A stretch of 64,000 nt of DNA, taken from Sedimentisphaerales bacterium. Lineage in GTDB: Bacteria > Planctomycetota > Phycisphaerae > Sedimentisphaerales > SM23-30. A model generated the notes under the pieces. It searched no databases. It was not told the origin of the DNA and saw nothing but the letters and a program-made list of their open reading frames with translations. Location of the stretch: the NCBI GenBank assembly GCA_963663965.2, contig CAXXFK010000028.1, positions 589,212-653,211 on the forward strand, given 5' to 3'. A program made the translations under genes and the position numbers. Of this stretch, positions 39,964 to 49,773 are shown piece by piece (positions within the stretch are counted from its first letter, which is position 1; each line of letters begins with the position of its first letter).

Positions 39964-41646
39964 ATGGCGTATACAATTGGTTTAGATTATGGTACCAATT
40001 CGGTACGGTGTTTGATTGTAGATGTGCAGACAGGCGAGGAGGTTGGAACAGCCATTTACGAGTATGAGACAGGTGAGAAAGGGATCGTGCTGGATCCGTC
40101 TGACCATAACGTCGCGCGTCAGAATCCAGCCGACTATCTCAAGGGGATCGAAGTTACCGTAATCCAGGCGTTGGCGGAGGCCAGAGGTAAGAAGGGATTT
40201 GATGCCGGCAAGGTGATTGGCATTGGTGTGGATACGACCGGCTCAACCCCCATGCCGGTGGATAAGGACGGCGTCCCTTTAAGTGATAAGCCTGAGTTCA
40301 AGGGTAACATCAACGCAATGGCCTGGTTATGGAAGGATCACACCGGATACGCCGAGGCAGCCGCGATTACGGCCCTGGCGGCGAAAGAGCATCCGGAATA
40401 TCTGGCCAAATGCGGGGGCACTTATTCATCGGAATGGTTTTTCAGTAAGGTATGGCACTGTCTGAAGGTCGATCCAAAGGTTTTTGACGCGGCTTATACC
40501 TGGGTGGAGTATTGCGATTATATTCCGGGTGTGTTAACGGGCAATGTGAAACCGGGCACGATGAAAATCAGCCGTTGCGCGGCGGGTCATAAAGCAATGT
40601 TCAATGATCAATGGGGTGGTTTGCCGGCAAAAGAATTTCTGGCGAAGCTGGATCCCAAGCTGGGTGAGTTGCGGGATCGGTTATATACCGAGACCTGGGC
40701 CGTTGATACCACGGCGGGTCATCTGACAGCAGACTGGGCCGCCAAACTGGGTTTGCCGGGGGGAATACCGGTGGCCGTGGGCGCTTTTGACGCCCATCTG
40801 GGAGGTGTTGGTTCAGGCTGCGGGCCGGGTAAACTGGTCAAAATTATCGGGACGAGCACCTGTGATATTATGGTGGCGGCCAATACCATGAATTTGCCTG
40901 ATGTGCCTGGATTGTGTGGCATAGTCGATGGCTCTGTTTTGCCGGGCTATTATGGTCTGGAAGCAGGACAGTCGGCAGTGGGCGATATTTTTAACTGGTT
41001 TGTCAACGCGATTCAGCCGGGCGGTCCAACCGCAGGTGACCATAAAGCGCTGACGGAAAAAGCCGCTCAATTAAAACCGGGTCAAAGCGGTCTGCTGGCG
41101 CTGGATTGGAATAATGGCAACCGGACGATCCTGGTGGACCAGCGGTTAACGGGTTTATTGGTAGGGCAGACGCTGCATACCCGTCCGGAAGAAATCTATC
41201 GGGCATTGATCGAAGCGACGGCATTTGGGGCATTGACAATTATCAACCGTTTTGAAGAATACGGCGTTAAAGTTGCAGAAATTATCAATTGCGGCGGGAT
41301 ATCAGAAAAGAACGCCATGGTGATGCAGATTTATGCCGATGTGACCAACCGTGAAATGAAAATCAGCCGTTCCGCGCAAACCTGCGCCCTGGGCTCGGCG
41401 ATTGCCGGCGCAGTCGTGGCGGGAAAAGCCGCGGGCGGATACGATCATTTTGCGGATGCCCAAGCGGCGATGACCGGAGTTAAGCCGACTATTTTCAAGC
41501 CGATCCCTGAGAATGTCGCGATATACGCTGAGTTATACCAGTTATACCGTCAACTGCATGACAGTTTTGGAGTACAGGGACATAGCGCCGATATCAGCAA
41601 TGTCATGAAAGACCTGCTGGTGATCAAAGAGAAGGCGAACGCCTGA
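39964..41646 (+). CDS. araB: Ribulokinase
   Basis: IGLDYGT, DTTGSTP, LWKDHT, YSSEW, EAGQSAVGD, DWNNGNR. Confidence 0.95.
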   Translation: MAYTIGLDYGTNSVRCLIVDVQTGEEVGTAIYEYETGEKGIVLDPSDHNVARQNPADYLKGIEVTVIQALAEARGKKGFDAGKVIGIGVDTTGSTPMPVDKDGVPLSDKPEFKGNINAMAWLWKDHTGYAEAAAITALAAKEHPEYLAKCGGTYSSEWFFSKVWHCLKVDPKVFDAAYTWVEYCDYIPGVLTGNVKPGTMKISRCAAGHKAMFNDQWGGLPAKEFLAKLDPKLGELRDRLYTETWAVDTTAGHLTADWAAKLGLPGGIPVAVGAFDAHLGGVGSGCGPGKLVKIIGTSTCDIMVAANTMNLPDVPGLCGIVDGSVLPGYYGLEAGQSAVGDIFNWFVNAIQPGGPTAGDHKALTEKAAQLKPGQSGLLALDWNNGNRTILVDQRLTGLLVGQTLHTRPEEIYRALIEATAFGALTIINRFEEYGVKVAEIINCGGISEKNAMVMQIYADVTNREMKISRSAQTCALGSAIAGAVVAGKAAGGYDHFADAQAAMTGVKPTIFKPIPENVAIYAELYQLYRQLHDSFGVQGHSADISNVMKDLLVIKEKANA

Positions 41647-41670
41647 TACGGTCAATTGAAAAGTAATATA

Positions 41671-41714
41671 AAGGGGCAATGCAACCGGGCTTACCGGGCT
41701 TGCCCCTTTTTTTT
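41671..41714. terminator. Bidirectional terminator after araB
   Basis: AAAGGGGCAA...TTGCCCCTTTTTTTT between convergent genes. Confidence 0.75.
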
Positions 41715-41723
41715 ACAGGCTGT

Positions 41724-42062
41724 TTATTCAGTGACTTTAAAAGAAGAAAACGCCACGCGCGGTCTGAATACCGGGAAAATCAAATAGGCTTCAGACGCAT
41801 CCAGTTTATCGACCAGCATGACATTGTGAGAGCCGTTTTTGGCCGATGGGGGTACAGTGAAACAGCCAATAAACGGATCACAGATTTTTTTGCCGTCCCA
41901 GTAAACCGTACAGGTTCCGGGATCGCCCCAGGTATTTTCGTAGGTCATTTTAACAAACGTGCCGGGCGGACCGGACTGTGGACTTAATTTGACGATTCGG
42001 GTACATCCGTTTGCTATCATTAACAGACCGATCACACTACCAACCAAAACCAATTTTTTCAT
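41724..42062 (-). CDS. Hypothetical lipoprotein with Ig/IPT-like beta domain
   Basis: AAGGAG RBS; MKK-hydrophobic-ANGC lipobox; LSPQSGPPGT motif. Confidence 0.7.
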   Translation of the reverse strand: MKKLVLVGSVIGLLMIANGCTRIVKLSPQSGPPGTFVKMTYENTWGDPGTCTVYWDGKKICDPFIGCFTVPPSAKNGSHNVMLVDKLDASEAYLIFPVFRPRVAFSSFKVTE

Positions 42063-42342
42063 ATCATACTCCTTAGTTCGTCCCGAAGCCAGTCGGGAAC
42101 CATTATTAACCGCAACAATGGAAAACCACTTCAATTTATTTCTGACACCCATTTCATAAAAGTTAAGACGAATTTTATACGCGAGTATTACAAAAGATAA
42201 AGTCAAATTTGTGTAAAAATTGTGGGCTGCCCTAATATTATTAAAAGAAAATGTTGAACAGTTTTATCATCATGCGTTAATATTTCCGTAAAGTTAAATT
42301 TGCTAAATTGCACACAAACAATCAAAAACAGGAGATCATGCA

Positions 42343-45159
42343 ATGAAGCGTAAGCTGACCAAGCTATTATGGGTCATTTTATTGGTAATGGTATGTGATG
42401 TAACCAAGGTCTGGAGTCAGGATTTTCCGCCGATGGAAAAAGTGGTGGAAGGGTATCGCAAGGTGATCTCGATGGTTGGGGAACCGCGATCCCTGCTGGA
42501 GATCTGGGTGCGCGATAAAGACGGGCAGATGCTGGCGGCCTTACCGCCGAATTACGAATCGTTGAAATTTTTCTTCGCAATGACAGTATCCAGCGGTGAG
42601 AATTATGCCGGGTTGCAGGCCGGTGACATGTATGTATACTGGCGCCGTTACGATAAGAGGCTGGCGTTAATGGCGCCGAATATCGAGATCCGATCCTACG
42701 GAGACGCCGAATCTCGCAGTTCGGTGAATCGTCTGTTTACCGATCGAGTGATTCTGGATATCCCGATTATTACCATGAACGGTCCCAGTCCGGTAATCGA
42801 CATGGACGCGTTACTGGTAGGTCAGGCGAATCAGTTTTTCGGTCGTTCCATCATGATTACCAAGCCCTATCTGGCCACGATCAAAGACGCCAAGGCCTTT
42901 CCGCAAAACGTAGAATTGGGCTTTGAAGTACCGGCGCAGAACGGTCAGTTAAAGATCTTGCATTATTCGATCAGCACGATTCCGGAAAATACCGGCTACC
43001 GTCCCCGTCAAGCGGATGAACGCGTCGGTTATTTTACCACCAGTTACAGCGATTACGGGAAGTATAAAGAAGATGAGTCGCAGGTGCGCTTTATCAATCG
43101 CTGGTGGCTGGAAAAGGCGGATCCTTCATTGGAATTGAGTCCGCCCAAGGAACCCATCGTATTTTATATTGAACACACCACCCCAGTCCGTTACCGCCGC
43201 TGGGTTCGTCAGGGTATTCTGTATTGGAATAAGGCTTATGAACGGGTTGGCATATCCAACGCCATAGAAGTGTATTATCAGGACCAGAAATCGGGCGCCC
43301 ATATGGAAAAGGATCCGGAAGATGTTCGCTATAATTTCATCCGTTGGTTGACCAATAATGAAGGGACGGCCATCGGGCCAAGCCGTGTTCATCCGATGAC
43401 CGGACAGATTCTCGATGCGGATGTCATTCTGACCGATGGCTGGATCCGGCATTATCAAAAGCAATATCATGAGTTAATCCCGGACATCATGCTGGAAGGT
43501 TTTTCGCCGGAAGCGATGGCCTGGCTGGCCCAGCATCCCGAGTGGGATCCACGTATCAATCTGGCCCCGCCTTCGGAACGTCAGCGCATTGCCAAGGCCA
43601 TTGCCGCGACCGGGGATTTGCCTTATAGCAATCATCCGTTGATGAACGCAGACAATGCATTAATCGGTGACGATGAATTTGATGGTTTGTCAGGACGGAT
43701 CAGTCAGCTTAACGGCATGTGTCGATTATCGGAGTTGCTGGGATTCGATACGATGATGTTCCGGATGTATTACGATATCATGGACATCGGAGCCGAACTG
43801 GCTGCCAAAACGCAAGACTCTGATGAGGGCAAGGGGGATGGAGCCGCTGAAAAAGACAAGCAGGAAGAACCCAAGCCCAAGCCCAAACCCGTCCCGAAGA
43901 TCGATGATATGCCGGAAGATTTTATTGGTCCGTTGATCGCGTTTCTGGCCTGTCATGAAGTGGGACATACTTTAGGTTTGCGTCATAATTTCAAGGCATC
44001 CAGTGCGTATGATTTTAACGAGATCAACAGTGAAGGATTTAAGGGCAAACCTTTCGCCAGTTCCGTTATGGACTATATTGGCGTGAATATTGTTTATAAT
44101 AGCGAAGACTGTGTCCAGGGCGACTGGACCATGACAGATATCGGTCCATACGATTACTGGGTCATCGAATATGGTTATACCCAGAACGACAAGGCGCTCC
44201 CGGCGATATTGAGCCGTGTCGCCGAGCCGGAGCTGGTTTATGGCACGGATGAAGACACCTATGGCCCGGACCCGCTGGCCCGTCGCTATGATTTTGCCAA
44301 GGATCCGCTGGATTACGCAGAAGAGCAGATGAAGATTGTGAAATTTGTCCGTGAGAACCTGCTGGACAAATACGTCAAAGACGGTCAGAGCTGGGCCAAG
44401 GCTCGCAAGGGCTATGAGATGAGCCTGGGTTTGCAGACCCGCGCGATCAGCATGATGGCGAACTGGGTTGGAGGCACTTTTGTCAATCGCGACCATAAAG
44501 GCGATAAAGACGGCCGCAAACCGTTGGTGCCGGTACCTGCTCAACAGCAGCGTGACGCCTTGGATTTTGTGATCGAGATCAGTTTCATGGAAGATTCCTT
44601 TGGATTGACACCCGAAATGCTTCAGCATATGACCGTTGAAAAATGGTGGGATGATGCCTCCTCATTGCTCGAGGACCCCACCTGGCCCATTCATGACCGG
44701 ATTATGAGTTTGCAGAATTCCGTGCTGACCCTACTGCTCAACCCGGTGACGCTGGGATATGTCTATGACAATGAGTCGCTGTGTGAAGATGACGATGTTC
44801 TTACTCTTCCGGAAGTTTTGTCCAGCATCCACGACGCGATCTGGACGGAACTGGAAGGGGTGGAGAACAAGGAATATTCGGAACGCGAGCCGATGATTTC
44901 GAGTATCCGCCGCAATTTACAGCGGCAATATTTAAGCCGTTTGATCCAGTTGTCCGAAACCGGCAGCAGCACCAAAGCCTCCACCAAGCCCCTTTCGAAC
45001 CTGGCTACCATGGAATTACGCCGGTTGAAACAGAAGGTCGATCAATGTGTCAAGAAGTATAACCGATCGATGGATGATTATACCCTGGCGCATTTGCAGG
45101 ATATTACCAATCTGATTCAAAGGGCGCTTGACGTTCAATATACGACCACCCGGTTGTAA
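42343..45159 (+). CDS. Exported zinc-dependent metalloprotease (DUF5117/DUF4953 type)
   Basis: HEVGHTLGLRHNF, SSVMDY Met-turn, DERVGYF, signal peptide. Confidence 0.93.
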   Translation: MKRKLTKLLWVILLVMVCDVTKVWSQDFPPMEKVVEGYRKVISMVGEPRSLLEIWVRDKDGQMLAALPPNYESLKFFFAMTVSSGENYAGLQAGDMYVYWRRYDKRLALMAPNIEIRSYGDAESRSSVNRLFTDRVILDIPIITMNGPSPVIDMDALLVGQANQFFGRSIMITKPYLATIKDAKAFPQNVELGFEVPAQNGQLKILHYSISTIPENTGYRPRQADERVGYFTTSYSDYGKYKEDESQVRFINRWWLEKADPSLELSPPKEPIVFYIEHTTPVRYRRWVRQGILYWNKAYERVGISNAIEVYYQDQKSGAHMEKDPEDVRYNFIRWLTNNEGTAIGPSRVHPMTGQILDADVILTDGWIRHYQKQYHELIPDIMLEGFSPEAMAWLAQHPEWDPRINLAPPSERQRIAKAIAATGDLPYSNHPLMNADNALIGDDEFDGLSGRISQLNGMCRLSELLGFDTMMFRMYYDIMDIGAELAAKTQDSDEGKGDGAAEKDKQEEPKPKPKPVPKIDDMPEDFIGPLIAFLACHEVGHTLGLRHNFKASSAYDFNEINSEGFKGKPFASSVMDYIGVNIVYNSEDCVQGDWTMTDIGPYDYWVIEYGYTQNDKALPAILSRVAEPELVYGTDEDTYGPDPLARRYDFAKDPLDYAEEQMKIVKFVRENLLDKYVKDGQSWAKARKGYEMSLGLQTRAISMMANWVGGTFVNRDHKGDKDGRKPLVPVPAQQQRDALDFVIEISFMEDSFGLTPEMLQHMTVEKWWDDASSLLEDPTWPIHDRIMSLQNSVLTLLLNPVTLGYVYDNESLCEDDDVLTLPEVLSSIHDAIWTELEGVENKEYSEREPMISSIRRNLQRQYLSRLIQLSETGSSTKASTKPLSNLATMELRRLKQKVDQCVKKYNRSMDDYTLAHLQDITNLIQRALDVQYTTTRL

Positions 45160-45186
45160 AAAAAAGAAACGATCTGAAATTAAAAT

Positions 45187-45216
45187 GGCGTCCTGGAAAC
45201 GGGGCGCCTTTTTTTT
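45187..45216 (+). terminator. Intrinsic terminator
   Basis: GGCGTCCTG-GAAA-CGGGGCGCC plus T8. Confidence 0.8.
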
Positions 45217-45305
45217 GATATTTTCTTAACTTCTTTGCTTTAAGGTGGTTAAGCTTGCGTCAGTCTTGCGTAATCTGTTATACATGGTTGAAACATATCG
45301 AGTGC

Positions 45306-45355
45306 TTGACTTACGTGCCACTCAGGTCTAGTATTAATTGTAAGATTATGATTAA
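45306..45355 (+). promoter_or_regulatory. Sigma70 promoter plus imperfect palindrome upstream of dfx-ftn
   Basis: TTGACT-N17-TAGTAT, then TTAATTGTAAGATTATGATTAA (16/22 self-complementary). Confidence 0.55.
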
Positions 45356-45379
45356 AAAACCTTTAGTAAGGAGATCACG

Positions 45380-45802
45380 ATGGCAGAAAGACTGGAAATT
45401 TACAAGTGCGAGAAATGTGGTGTCATGATTGAAGTGATGCATCCCGGATGCGGTTCATTGACCTGTTGCGGCATTCCAATGGTAAAGCTGGAAGAAAATA
45501 CGGTTGATGCCGCCAAAGAAAAACATGTACCAGTGATTGAGAAGATCGATGGCGGCGTGAAAGTCAAGGTGGGTTCGGTCGCGCATCCGATGGAAGCGGA
45601 CCATTATATCGAGTGGATCGAATTGATTGTGGATGGCAAGAGTTATGTTCAGTATCTGGAACCGGGTCAGGCTCCGGAAGCGGTCTTCAAGGTTTGTGGG
45701 GATTCGATGGTGGTCCGCGAATATTGCAATAAACACGGGTTGTGGAAAGCCGGCGAACAAGCGAAAGGAGGTTCCACATGCTGTCGGACAAAGTGCAATT
45801 AG
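45380..45802 (+). CDS. dfx: Desulfoferrodoxin (superoxide reductase)
   Basis: CEKCG..CCG centre [23 protein letters not shown] centre II. Confidence 0.96.
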   Translation: MAERLEIYKCEKCGVMIEVMHPGCGSLTCCGIPMVKLEENTVDAAKEKHVPVIEKIDGGVKVKVGSVAHPMEADHYIEWIELIVDGKSYVQYLEPGQAPEAVFKVCGDSMVVREYCNKHGLWKAGEQAKGGSTCCRTKCN

Positions 45803-46290
45803 CGATCAATCAACAGATTAACCGGGAAATGTATTCGGCGTATCTGTATCTGGCCATGTCAGCCTGGTGCAGTGATGAAGGGATGAACGGTTTTGCCAAC
45901 TGGATGCGAGTTCAGTATGAAGAGGAAATGTTCCATGCGTTCAAGATGTATGATTATATTCTGGAACAGGATGGCCAGGTTGAACTGATGCCGATAGAGA
46001 AGCCGCCGGCCAGTTTTAAATCGGCGCTGGATGTGTTTGAGGAAGTGCTCAGTCATGAGAAGAAAGTGACCGCCTGGATCAATGAACTGGTTTCGATTGC
46101 TGATGCGGAAAACGATTATGCCACGCATAATTTTCTACAGTGGTTCGTAAACGAGCAAGTTGAAGAAGAAGCCACGGCCAAAGAGATTATTGATGATCTC
46201 AAGCTGGCGGGTGAAAAAGGGCCCGGCTTGTTCATGATCAACCGCGAATTGGCACAGCGGGTGTTTACGCCACCGGCCGCGACCGAATAA
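45778..46290 (+). CDS. ftn: Non-heme ferritin
   Basis: [44 protein letters not shown]. Confidence 0.96.
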   Translation: MLSDKVQLAINQQINREMYSAYLYLAMSAWCSDEGMNGFANWMRVQYEEEMFHAFKMYDYILEQDGQVELMPIEKPPASFKSALDVFEEVLSHEKKVTAWINELVSIADAENDYATHNFLQWFVNEQVEEEATAKEIIDDLKLAGEKGPGLFMINRELAQRVFTPPAATE

Positions 46291-46313
46291 AATCATCCTT
46301 TTTTGACTCCGTG

Positions 46314-46352
46314 AAAAAAGCCCCGCGTTCGGGAAGAACAGCGGGGCTTTTT
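46314..46352. terminator. Bidirectional intrinsic terminator
   Basis: AAAAAAGCCCCGC...GCGGGGCTTTTT between convergent genes. Confidence 0.85.
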
Positions 46353-46392
46353 ATTTGAATGCGTTATGCGACACCGCGAATAATAACCGCGT

Positions 46393-48033
46393 TTAAGCTT
46401 TCAAAATGGCTTTGGCAGACTGGTCCAATGCCTCGGTCATATAATCCAGGCCGGTTTCGGCCGCGGTTTCACGGTTGGCGGCCATCAGATCCTCACGAGT
46501 AATTTCGCTGAGATTGAACTTGCGAGCGCCTGCCATAAACTGCTGCAGGCCACAGGCCAGTTTGTCGGCATAACCGTACATGGCGATGGCGCCAAAGGGG
46601 ATGTTGGCCATTTCATTGGCACCGACTTTATTCTTGACGGTTTCCCAGGCGGTGAAGATTTCTTCAGGAGTCGTTCCCAGATCGGATACACTGGCAGGCA
46701 GTTCCGTCCAGTGGCCATTGAGTTGTTCGCGTTTTTCGGGTTTGAAAACGCCTTCAATGTTGCTGCCCAGATAACCTGGAATCATGGGAGCGCGGCCCAT
46801 ACAGACCAGTTTTGTGTACGGGGCACAAAGCGCGAGGGCTTTAAAGAGGTGGTCTTCACGGGCAAAGCCGCCGGCCAGGGAGATGTCGGGAACGGCGATG
46901 CCGCGCGCGGCCAGGATCGAGCAATACTCATACGTCTTGGCATGAAGGGGCAGTGAAGGCACGCCCCAGTGATCCATCATATTCCAGGGACTCATGCCTG
47001 TACCGCCGCCGGAACCGTCGATAGTGAGCAGGTCCAGTCTGGCCTCAGCGGCATAACGGATTGACATGGCCAGCGCTTCCATACCATAGGCTCCGGTCTT
47101 GAGGGAAATGCGTTTGAAGCCAATTTTGCGGAGATAAGCGACCGAGTCCATGAATGACTGGCGTACCTGATCGACAGTATCCAGATCGGTGGCGCCCAGA
47201 CGGCTATGGCGGGCGAAGGCGGTAACGGCTTTTTCTTCAAACGCTTTTTGAACGACGGGATCATAGGGATTGGGATCGACGACATACCCACGGTCTTTGA
47301 GGAATTTGGCGTATTCCAGTGAGGTCACCTGGATTTCACCACCGATATCTTTGGCGCCCTGGCCCCATTTGAGTTCGATGATGACTTTATCGCCGTATTT
47401 TTCAATCAGGTATTCAGCGACGCCGTTACGGGTATCTTCAACATTCATTTGCACGATAATGGCGCCAAAGCCATCATAGTAGCGCATAAAGACATCCACG
47501 CGGCGATCCAGTTCGGGGGCGGATTTAATGCGGCCCTTTTCGAGGATGGATTGGCGGTCAACACCGACGACGTTTTCACCGACAACGATGGGGAATCCAC
47601 ATAATGCGGCGCCGGCGGCAAAGGAATCCCAGTATTTGGCAGCAATAAAGGTAGAACCCAGGGCGCCGGTCATGATCGGTACCCGACACTTGGTTTCAAT
47701 TTCGTTACCAAAAGAGGTGGTAATATCCACATTGGGGAAGATGCAGTCATCGGGATCGTGGCTGAGTCCGGCGGGAACGCCTTTGGCACCAAAGGCATAT
47801 CCCTGAATTCTCAGGGCATGGTAGCCCACTCCGACGGAACAAACATTGGCGGAACCTGAGGTCGACCAGCCATATTCACGGGGATAAATCATTTTTCGAC
47901 CTTTGAGCGAAGACATCCAGGTCTCACACTTGCCTTTACAGGAAGAAAGGCAGAGGGTGCACAAACCTGATTCGCAGGGAACGCCACGGTTGACCGTTCC
48001 GAGCGCATCATTGTTCTTGATCCATTGGAACAT
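46393..48033 (-). CDS. FMN-binding glutamate synthase family protein
   Basis: IELKWGQGAKDIGGE, TIDGSGGGTGMSP, AGG, MGRAPM; N-terminal Cys cluster. Confidence 0.9.
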   Translation of the reverse strand: MFQWIKNNDALGTVNRGVPCESGLCTLCLSSCKGKCETWMSSLKGRKMIYPREYGWSTSGSANVCSVGVGYHALRIQGYAFGAKGVPAGLSHDPDDCIFPNVDITTSFGNEIETKCRVPIMTGALGSTFIAAKYWDSFAAGAALCGFPIVVGENVVGVDRQSILEKGRIKSAPELDRRVDVFMRYYDGFGAIIVQMNVEDTRNGVAEYLIEKYGDKVIIELKWGQGAKDIGGEIQVTSLEYAKFLKDRGYVVDPNPYDPVVQKAFEEKAVTAFARHSRLGATDLDTVDQVRQSFMDSVAYLRKIGFKRISLKTGAYGMEALAMSIRYAAEARLDLLTIDGSGGGTGMSPWNMMDHWGVPSLPLHAKTYEYCSILAARGIAVPDISLAGGFAREDHLFKALALCAPYTKLVCMGRAPMIPGYLGSNIEGVFKPEKREQLNGHWTELPASVSDLGTTPEEIFTAWETVKNKVGANEMANIPFGAIAMYGYADKLACGLQQFMAGARKFNLSEITREDLMAANRETAAETGLDYMTEALDQSAKAILKA

Positions 48034-48420
48034 GTTGTTCTCCTTTATTTGACGGTGACTAAAGGGGTTATGAAAATTATGCCTGTCAGTTGACGGTCCG
48101 GCAGGCAGACAATATAGTAAATATCTTCTGTGGTTATAGCCGAAAGGCGCATTAAACGATCATCCTTTAGCGATCAATCCGGTCTATACCATCATCCTGA
48201 TAATTGAATATGTAACCAAATTAGCCATTCAGAAAATTATCAGAACCCAAAACAATAGTCAATAAAGATTCATTGTCATTTTAGAAAACTTCTTAAATAT
48301 GGGTGATACTGGTATTTCAGGGGATTTAGACGGATGAATTCCAAGCTAAAGACTTGAGAAATGACGCTGATTTTTTTATATTATCATATCGAATTCGAAC
48401 TAGCTGTGAAATTAATAACG

Positions 48421-49413
48421 ATGGAGAGTAATTTGACAAAACTGAAATTAGGCACATTGTGTCTGGAAGAACCATTTTTTCAAGCCGCCTTGAGTGGTTA
48501 TACCGACCGGGCCATGCGAACGCTGGCCCGTGAATTTGGATGTCCGTTTACTTTTAGTGGATTAATGCTGGATAAGAGTACGGCTTATAAGAAGGTTCTG
48601 GCGCGGCCGGAGTTTTCGATTGTGGGTGAGCCTGGCCCTGTCGGGGGGCAGATTCATGGTTTGCTTCCGGAGACTATGGCCCGGGCGGCTAGAACGTTGG
48701 AAGAGTTTGGGTATCATTTAATCGACTTAAATTTTGCCTGTCCAGCCCCCAAAGTGATCCGCCGCCAGCGGGGCGGCTATATGATGCGGGATCCCAAACT
48801 GGTGCGTGAGATGTTTTTGCAGGTCAGAGATGCGGTGAAATGTCCGGTGACCTATAAATTGCGGATAGGGTTCAGTGATTCTGAACAATCAAGAGCGAAT
48901 TTCTGGGAAATAGTAGAAAATGCAGCGGTTGACGGCGTGGATGCGTTAATTATTCATGGCCGATCCGTTCAACAGTTATATCGAGGCAAGGCGGACTGGG
49001 ATATTCTGGATCAGGTCAAGGAACGGTTCCCCAATATGACGGTGGTAGGCAGCGGGGATGTATTTACCGCTGAAGATGTCGTCCATCGCCTGAAGACCCA
49101 TCGCGTAGATGGTGTATTAATCGCACGGGGCAGTATTGGCAATCCCTGGATTTTTCGGGAAATCAGGGCGCTGCTTGCCGGTGGGCCCAAATTGCCTGAG
49201 CCTGATATCAAAGAGCAGGGAGAGGTCATAAAATATCATATTAAAATGATAGAGGAAACTTATGAACGGCATCGTATTGTCCCATTTATGCGTAAGTTTA
49301 TCGTTCATTATTCCAAGAGGCATCCACACCGTAAACTGGTTATGATGGAATTACTATCGGTCAAGACGCTGGAGGGGGTTTATGAGGGGATAAAAAAATG
49401 GTATGGAGTATAG
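48421..49413 (+). CDS. tRNA-dihydrouridine synthase family protein
   Basis: IDLNFACPAPKV, KLRIG, IHGR, GSGDV, IARGSIGNPWIF. Confidence 0.93.
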   Translation: MESNLTKLKLGTLCLEEPFFQAALSGYTDRAMRTLAREFGCPFTFSGLMLDKSTAYKKVLARPEFSIVGEPGPVGGQIHGLLPETMARAARTLEEFGYHLIDLNFACPAPKVIRRQRGGYMMRDPKLVREMFLQVRDAVKCPVTYKLRIGFSDSEQSRANFWEIVENAAVDGVDALIIHGRSVQQLYRGKADWDILDQVKERFPNMTVVGSGDVFTAEDVVHRLKTHRVDGVLIARGSIGNPWIFREIRALLAGGPKLPEPDIKEQGEVIKYHIKMIEETYERHRIVPFMRKFIVHYSKRHPHRKLVMMELLSVKTLEGVYEGIKKWYGV

Positions 49414-49524
49414 AACCATTCGATCAAATTCGTTGTATCTATTTAAATATTAATGCTTTATAATAATTATTGTTTTCATATGTTAAGTATGTAAGGGATT
49501 TTGACAAGTTTAGTAATTATGACC

Positions 49525-49553
49525 TTGCATAATCTTCAGAAATGGATTATATT
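49525..49553 (+). promoter_or_regulatory. Probable promoter of tRNA-Tyr
   Basis: TTGCAT-N17-TATATT. Confidence 0.5.
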
Positions 49554-49608
49554 ACAAAGCTCGACAACGAATATGACGATAAGTTGATTATCGACAAGGA
49601 AATAACGT

Positions 49609-49691
49609 GGGTCGATGCCCGAGTGGCTAAAGGGGACGGGCTGTAAACCCGTCGGCGAGAGCCTACGTTGGTTCGAATCCAACTCGGCCCA
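49609..49691 (+). tRNA. tRNA-Tyr (GTA), 3' CCA not encoded
   Basis: Acceptor GGGTCGA/TCGGCCC, anticodon arm ACGGG-CTGTAAA-CCCGT, long variable arm, GGTTCGAATCC. Confidence 0.97.
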
Positions 49692-49696
49692 TTAAA

Positions 49697-49726
49697 AAAG
49701 CATCTGGTTCATAAGCCAGATGCTTT
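49697..49726. terminator. Terminator hairpin after tRNA-Tyr
   Basis: AAAGCATCTGGTT/AGCCAGATGCTTT inverted repeat. Confidence 0.8.
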
Positions 49727-49773
49727 GTTGTTATTACCGGGAGCGTAATTCGGGGGGCATTAATAAGATGGGA

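Noticed and set aside
48040..48200. Riboswitch or ANTAR element upstream of the glutamate synthase-like gene
   Set aside because: Short hairpins exist but I could not match any known consensus
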